Positions 60,648 through 64,000 of a stretch of DNA of 64,000 nt are shown one piece after another. Every line of letters starts with the position of its first letter. Within the stretch, counting starts at the first letter, position 1. Made by a program: the position numbers and the translations under genes. The stretch is from a virus. Location: the UHGV virus genome UHGV-0091736, one strand, 5' to 3'. A model generated the notes under the pieces. It made no database searches and was not told where the DNA came from. It saw only the letters and a list, made by a program, of their open reading frames with translations.

Positions 60648-61616
60648 ATGTCACTTTTTGGTGGAGGCGGAAGTAAAACTACTTCCCAAATGATTCGCCC
60701 TGAATACATTCAACAGTATATTGACCAGCTTAACCAACAGATTGGTAATACTAGTTCAGGGGATTATGTTTATCGAGATAATGTAGGGTTTAATAACAAC
60801 CAGACAGAGGCACTTAACAACTTAGCACAATCTGGTGCTCTAGGAACTCTCTCACAGCAATACATGGATGCAGCAGGTCAAGGCTTGGGTTATCTAGATA
60901 ATGCCTATAAAGGCTATCAGAGCCTATCTGGACAAGGTGGGATTACTGGAGAACAGATTGGTGCTCTCGCTGGTCAACTGTATGATGATGACGCTGTGCA
61001 AGCAGCCATTACAGCTAATAATGAACAAGTTCAACAGAACTTGGCACGTAATGCTCTTCCTCAGTTGGCTCAGCAGTATGCTGGTCAGCAAGGTTCAGGT
61101 GCTCGTATGGCTAAGTCTTTTGCCCAAGGCGATGCTCTGAATCAGATGCAAGGTCAAGCAACAGATATTACCAACAGTGCCTATAACTCAGCTATTAGTC
61201 AAGCTGAAAGCATTCTCTCTGGTAATAGACAGAATCAGGCAGCTGCTCTTTCTGGTCTTTCTAATATTGGTTCTAACCTTTCTAACCTAGGTCAGCAGGG
61301 TGCTAATTTGTCTCAACAGCAAATAATGAATCAATGGAATGCAGGGTTGCAGCAACAACAGCAACAACAGAATGAATATGACAATGCCTACCAGAATGCT
61401 CAGAACGCAGCTAATTGGGGATGGCAAGATATCAATAACCAACTCGGTGCAGCAGGTGTGCTTAACGGCGCTCTCGGACAAACCACAACTACTAAAACAT
61501 CTGGTGGCAAAGGTGGTTTCCTTGGTGGAGCTATGAGTGGTGCAGCAGCTGGCTCCTCCTTTGGGCCTTGGGGTGCATTAGCTGGGGGTGTAATCGGTGG
61601 GTTGGCTAGTACTTAA
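60648..61616 (+). CDS. Q/N/G-rich internal virion protein, paralog B
   Basis: Starts MSLFGG. ..GFNNNQTEALNNLA.. and ..GWQDINNQL... Confidence 0.55.
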   Translation: MSLFGGGGSKTTSQMIRPEYIQQYIDQLNQQIGNTSSGDYVYRDNVGFNNNQTEALNNLAQSGALGTLSQQYMDAAGQGLGYLDNAYKGYQSLSGQGGITGEQIGALAGQLYDDDAVQAAITANNEQVQQNLARNALPQLAQQYAGQQGSGARMAKSFAQGDALNQMQGQATDITNSAYNSAISQAESILSGNRQNQAAALSGLSNIGSNLSNLGQQGANLSQQQIMNQWNAGLQQQQQQQNEYDNAYQNAQNAANWGWQDINNQLGAAGVLNGALGQTTTTKTSGGKGGFLGGAMSGAAAGSSFGPWGALAGGVIGGLAST

Positions 61617-61629
61617 TTAGGAGATAAAT

Positions 61630-63285
61630 ATGCAACAGACAACTTACGCTCAGGTCAGAAGTCGTGACCCGAGAAATACTTTCTATGGTATTAATCCGGG
61701 AGCGGCTTCGGCCTCTCCTTATATGGCTAGACCTACTCAGACAGCGGATGTTTCTATGTACCAACGTCCTGCTGTACCTTCATCTCTTGCGGGTCTTGTC
61801 TCTCAGGCAGAAGAAGATCAGAATGCTATGGTTAATCCGGGATTCCAGCAACGTCTTATGGAACAGCAGAATCAAGGAACTCCTACAAGTCTTCAGGGTA
61901 TTGATATTGGAGCACCGGCCCCTGTAGTGGCTAACCCTAACCTATCCACTGATCAAGGTTTACAGGATGCTGGACTTATGCCTAGTGACCCTCTTCCGGT
62001 AACACCTCCTACTAAACCATTAGAAGCTGGCCCTATGGAGTTTACTCCTTCTCAAGTGGAACAGGCACAGGGTGTTATTAATACTCTTGCTCAAGGTCAG
62101 GATACTGGTGATGGAATGACTGCTGCTACTCGTGCTAAAGATCAGGAACGTGTTAACTCTGATATTGTGCAAGTTGCGAAAGCTAAAGACCCTTCAGAAG
62201 CTTGGAACAAACTACAGAAAGAACCATTCTATCAGAACTCTAGCTTCTATACAGGTTTGATGGGTGTAGGTCTTTCAATCATGTCAGGTAAGTCTCCTAT
62301 CGAAGCTTTCCAGATTGGTCAGGGAATGGCTAATCAAGATGAGACTAAGAAGCAATTGGAAGCTAACCGTGATGCTCTGATTGAACAAGGTTTCTCTCAA
62401 GACTCAATCGCAGCTGCTATTGCTAACGGAGACCCATCCCTGCTGAAGATGAAAGCTGTAGACCCTGCTCAGAAAGAGGCGTTGTATGCTGCTCGTGAAG
62501 AACGGCAGAATGCTGAATGGGATAGACGTCAACAGATTCAAGAGCAATCTATGCGTGAACGTGCCGAGGAGACTCGTCGTGCCGCTGAAAAGAGGACTGA
62601 CATGAACTTTGAACGTCAGAAAGAGTTGATTAGTTATCGTGATAAGGTTAAGGCTGAACGTGCTGAACAAGCTGCTCAGAGTTTTAACTTTAACCCGAAA
62701 GAAGTTCGTCTTGCTCAGAACACAGCTGAAGGTACGGTTGCTAAGCAGTGGGCAGAGAAAGGTGGTCTGTTTAATCAGTCCAACAAAGACTTGGATTTGG
62801 CTGACAAAGCAGTTAAAGAGAAAGACTATCAGACAGCTCGCTCTGCTTACATGCAGGCTATCATGAACTCCGCAAGGGCTGAAATCGGTGCTACTCGTTC
62901 TCTTACTGAAGAAGACTTGGGACATTTTGCAGAAGACCCATCAATCTTTGTTCGTGTTGGTAACAAGTTTGCGCTGAAGTCAGGATGGCGTCCTACTGAT
63001 GCTGCTCTTTCTTATGCTCGTAAGCAGGCTAACGTTGGTCACACCTCTGCAATGAAAGGTGTTTCTGATGCTAAGAAAGCTACTATCGAAGCGTACATCG
63101 GTTCTGGTATGGATAAGAAGAGAGCTACTGCATTGGTTAACCGTGCGATTCCTTCTGGTGGTTTCTATGATCCTCTAGGAGTTTTCTCTGAACAAGCGGA
63201 AGAATCCGTTGGTGGTGCAGCAACCAATCCTAAGCTTAATGGTGCTTTATCAGCTGTCGAAGATACTAGCTGGTTCGCCCAATAA
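61630..63285 (+). CDS. internal virion/ejection protein (551 aa)
   Basis: ORF track; synteny; coiled-coil centre. Confidence 0.5.
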   Translation: MQQTTYAQVRSRDPRNTFYGINPGAASASPYMARPTQTADVSMYQRPAVPSSLAGLVSQAEEDQNAMVNPGFQQRLMEQQNQGTPTSLQGIDIGAPAPVVANPNLSTDQGLQDAGLMPSDPLPVTPPTKPLEAGPMEFTPSQVEQAQGVINTLAQGQDTGDGMTAATRAKDQERVNSDIVQVAKAKDPSEAWNKLQKEPFYQNSSFYTGLMGVGLSIMSGKSPIEAFQIGQGMANQDETKKQLEANRDALIEQGFSQDSIAAAIANGDPSLLKMKAVDPAQKEALYAAREERQNAEWDRRQQIQEQSMRERAEETRRAAEKRTDMNFERQKELISYRDKVKAERAEQAAQSFNFNPKEVRLAQNTAEGTVAKQWAEKGGLFNQSNKDLDLADKAVKEKDYQTARSAYMQAIMNSARAEIGATRSLTEEDLGHFAEDPSIFVRVGNKFALKSGWRPTDAALSYARKQANVGHTSAMKGVSDAKKATIEAYIGSGMDKKRATALVNRAIPSGGFYDPLGVFSEQAEESVGGAATNPKLNGALSAVEDTSWFAQ

Positions 63286-63292
63286 GACCTAA

Positions 63293-63337
63293 GTCCTGCC
63301 TTCTATAATGTATATAGGGGGTAGGACATTTTTATTT
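63293..63337 (+). terminator. Rho-independent terminator whose loop contains TAATGTATA
   Basis: GUCCUGCC-N19-GGGUAGGAC then AUUUUUAUUU. Loop spans 63301-63319. Confidence 0.55.
63306..63314 (+). promoter_or_regulatory. TAATGTATA promoter-like element
   Basis: Exact consensus, 39 nt before the 63353 ATG. Confidence 0.5.
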
Positions 63338-63352
63338 ATAAAAGGAGACGTT

Positions 63353-64000
63353 ATGGCTAACATTAAACCGTGGGAAGAAGCTTCCAAAGCTCCTGCGTAT
63401 CTGAATGCCTCTCCGGAGCAACAAGCTCGAATGAGAGAACAATATAAGGCAGCAGGTGGCTCTATTCCTGAGGAACAGCCAGTAGCACAACCACAACAAG
63501 AAGAACGTGGTGCTATAGGTGAGTTTGCTCAAGGTGTGTCAAATGCTCTTCAATCTGGTGGTGCAAATATTGCAGCTAGTGCTGCTAAAGGTATTGGTGG
63601 TTTAGTTGAGATTGGTGAGAATCTAGCTGGAACACAAACTAGTTATGGTAAGCGTATCCAAGAGAACTCTCAGAACCTTCTGAAAGAACGTATGGAGAAG
63701 ATTGAGGACGGGATTGGTAAATCTGCTGGTCAGTACGCTGGAGTGGCTGCCGATATCGGTTTGACTGTTGCTAACCCATTAGCTGCCGCTGCTATCATCG
63801 CAGGTCGTGAGACAGGTCGTGCATATGCGGACCAAACCCCTGAAGATGGAGAAGATAAGTCTATCCTAGATGCAGCCTTAGTTGGTGGTGCTAACTATGC
63901 GGCTCAGAGAATCCTTCCGGGTGCTGTTGGTACAGCTGAGTCCGCACTTGGACGTATCGGTCAGAACGTTGCTAGTAACGCAGTGGCTGGTGCTAAAGGT
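63353..64000 (+). CDS. large internal virion protein, N-terminal part (runs off window end)
   Basis: AAGGAG RBS. Hand-checked open frame MANIKPWEEASKAPAYLNASPEQQ... through 64000. Not in the ORF track because it is unterminated. Confidence 0.65.
   Translation, partial: MANIKPWEEASKAPAYLNASPEQQARMREQYKAAGGSIPEEQPVAQPQQEERGAIGEFAQGVSNALQSGGANIAASAAKGIGGLVEIGENLAGTQTSYGKRIQENSQNLLKERMEKIEDGIGKSAGQYAGVAADIGLTVANPLAAAAIIAGRETGRAYADQTPEDGEDKSILDAALVGGANYAAQRILPGAVGTAESALGRIGQNVASNAVAGAKG

Noticed and set aside
62404-62925. 173-aa ORF antisense to the 61630-63285 virion protein gene
   Set aside because: Same reasoning as above: antisense shadow ORF, Leu/Ser/Phe-rich, no RBS.

Overview
The window reads as most of a lytic tailed-phage genome of about 43% GC with two divergent arms. 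Positions 1-37206 are almost entirely minus-strand early, replication and nucleotide-metabolism genes. Positions 38001-64000 are plus-strand packaging, head, tail, lysis and internal-virion genes. The arms are separated by a non-coding divergent region at 37.2-38.5 kb. From memory and unverified, several traits resemble phiEco32-like (Kuravirus-type) coliphages: a recurring TAATGTATA promoter-like element, a COOH-NH2 ligase type-2 gene, an amidoligase/GATase/ATP-grasp cluster, ThyX, Dcd, PhoH, one tRNA-Arg, and T7-like replication genes.

Main second-look items:
1. A 1.8-kb ORF-free leader (33.8-35.6 kb) holds tandem strong sigma70 promoters, each followed by copies of the E. coli rrn-type boxA antitermination sequence (GCTCTTTAACAA). 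This suggests Nus-factor-dependent readthrough of the many intrinsic terminators in the long early operon.
2. Three group I introns carry HNH endonuclease ORFs. They sit in DNA polymerase motif C, in primase-helicase motif H4, and just after Walker B of the large terminase. The first two are related and show compensatory helix changes.
3. An intein of about 327 aa is inserted in the Walker A P-loop of PhoH.
4. A lambda-type GGGAAAG -1 frameshift site lies 12 nt before the capsid stop codon and would fuse an Ig-like (Big_2) domain to the capsid protein.
5. A cluster of about 9 kb combines three ATP-dependent ligase types with an Ntn glutamine amidotransferase and a gamma-glutamyl cyclotransferase. 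The amidotransferase must initiate at AUU.
6. A family of about 80-aa proteins is present in nine copies in the early arm.
7. Smaller items include a 118-aa minimal kinase-like protein, a phage Dps, and a tRNA-Arg(UCU) with a swapped elbow base pair.

No tools were run. All homology statements rest on motifs read by eye.
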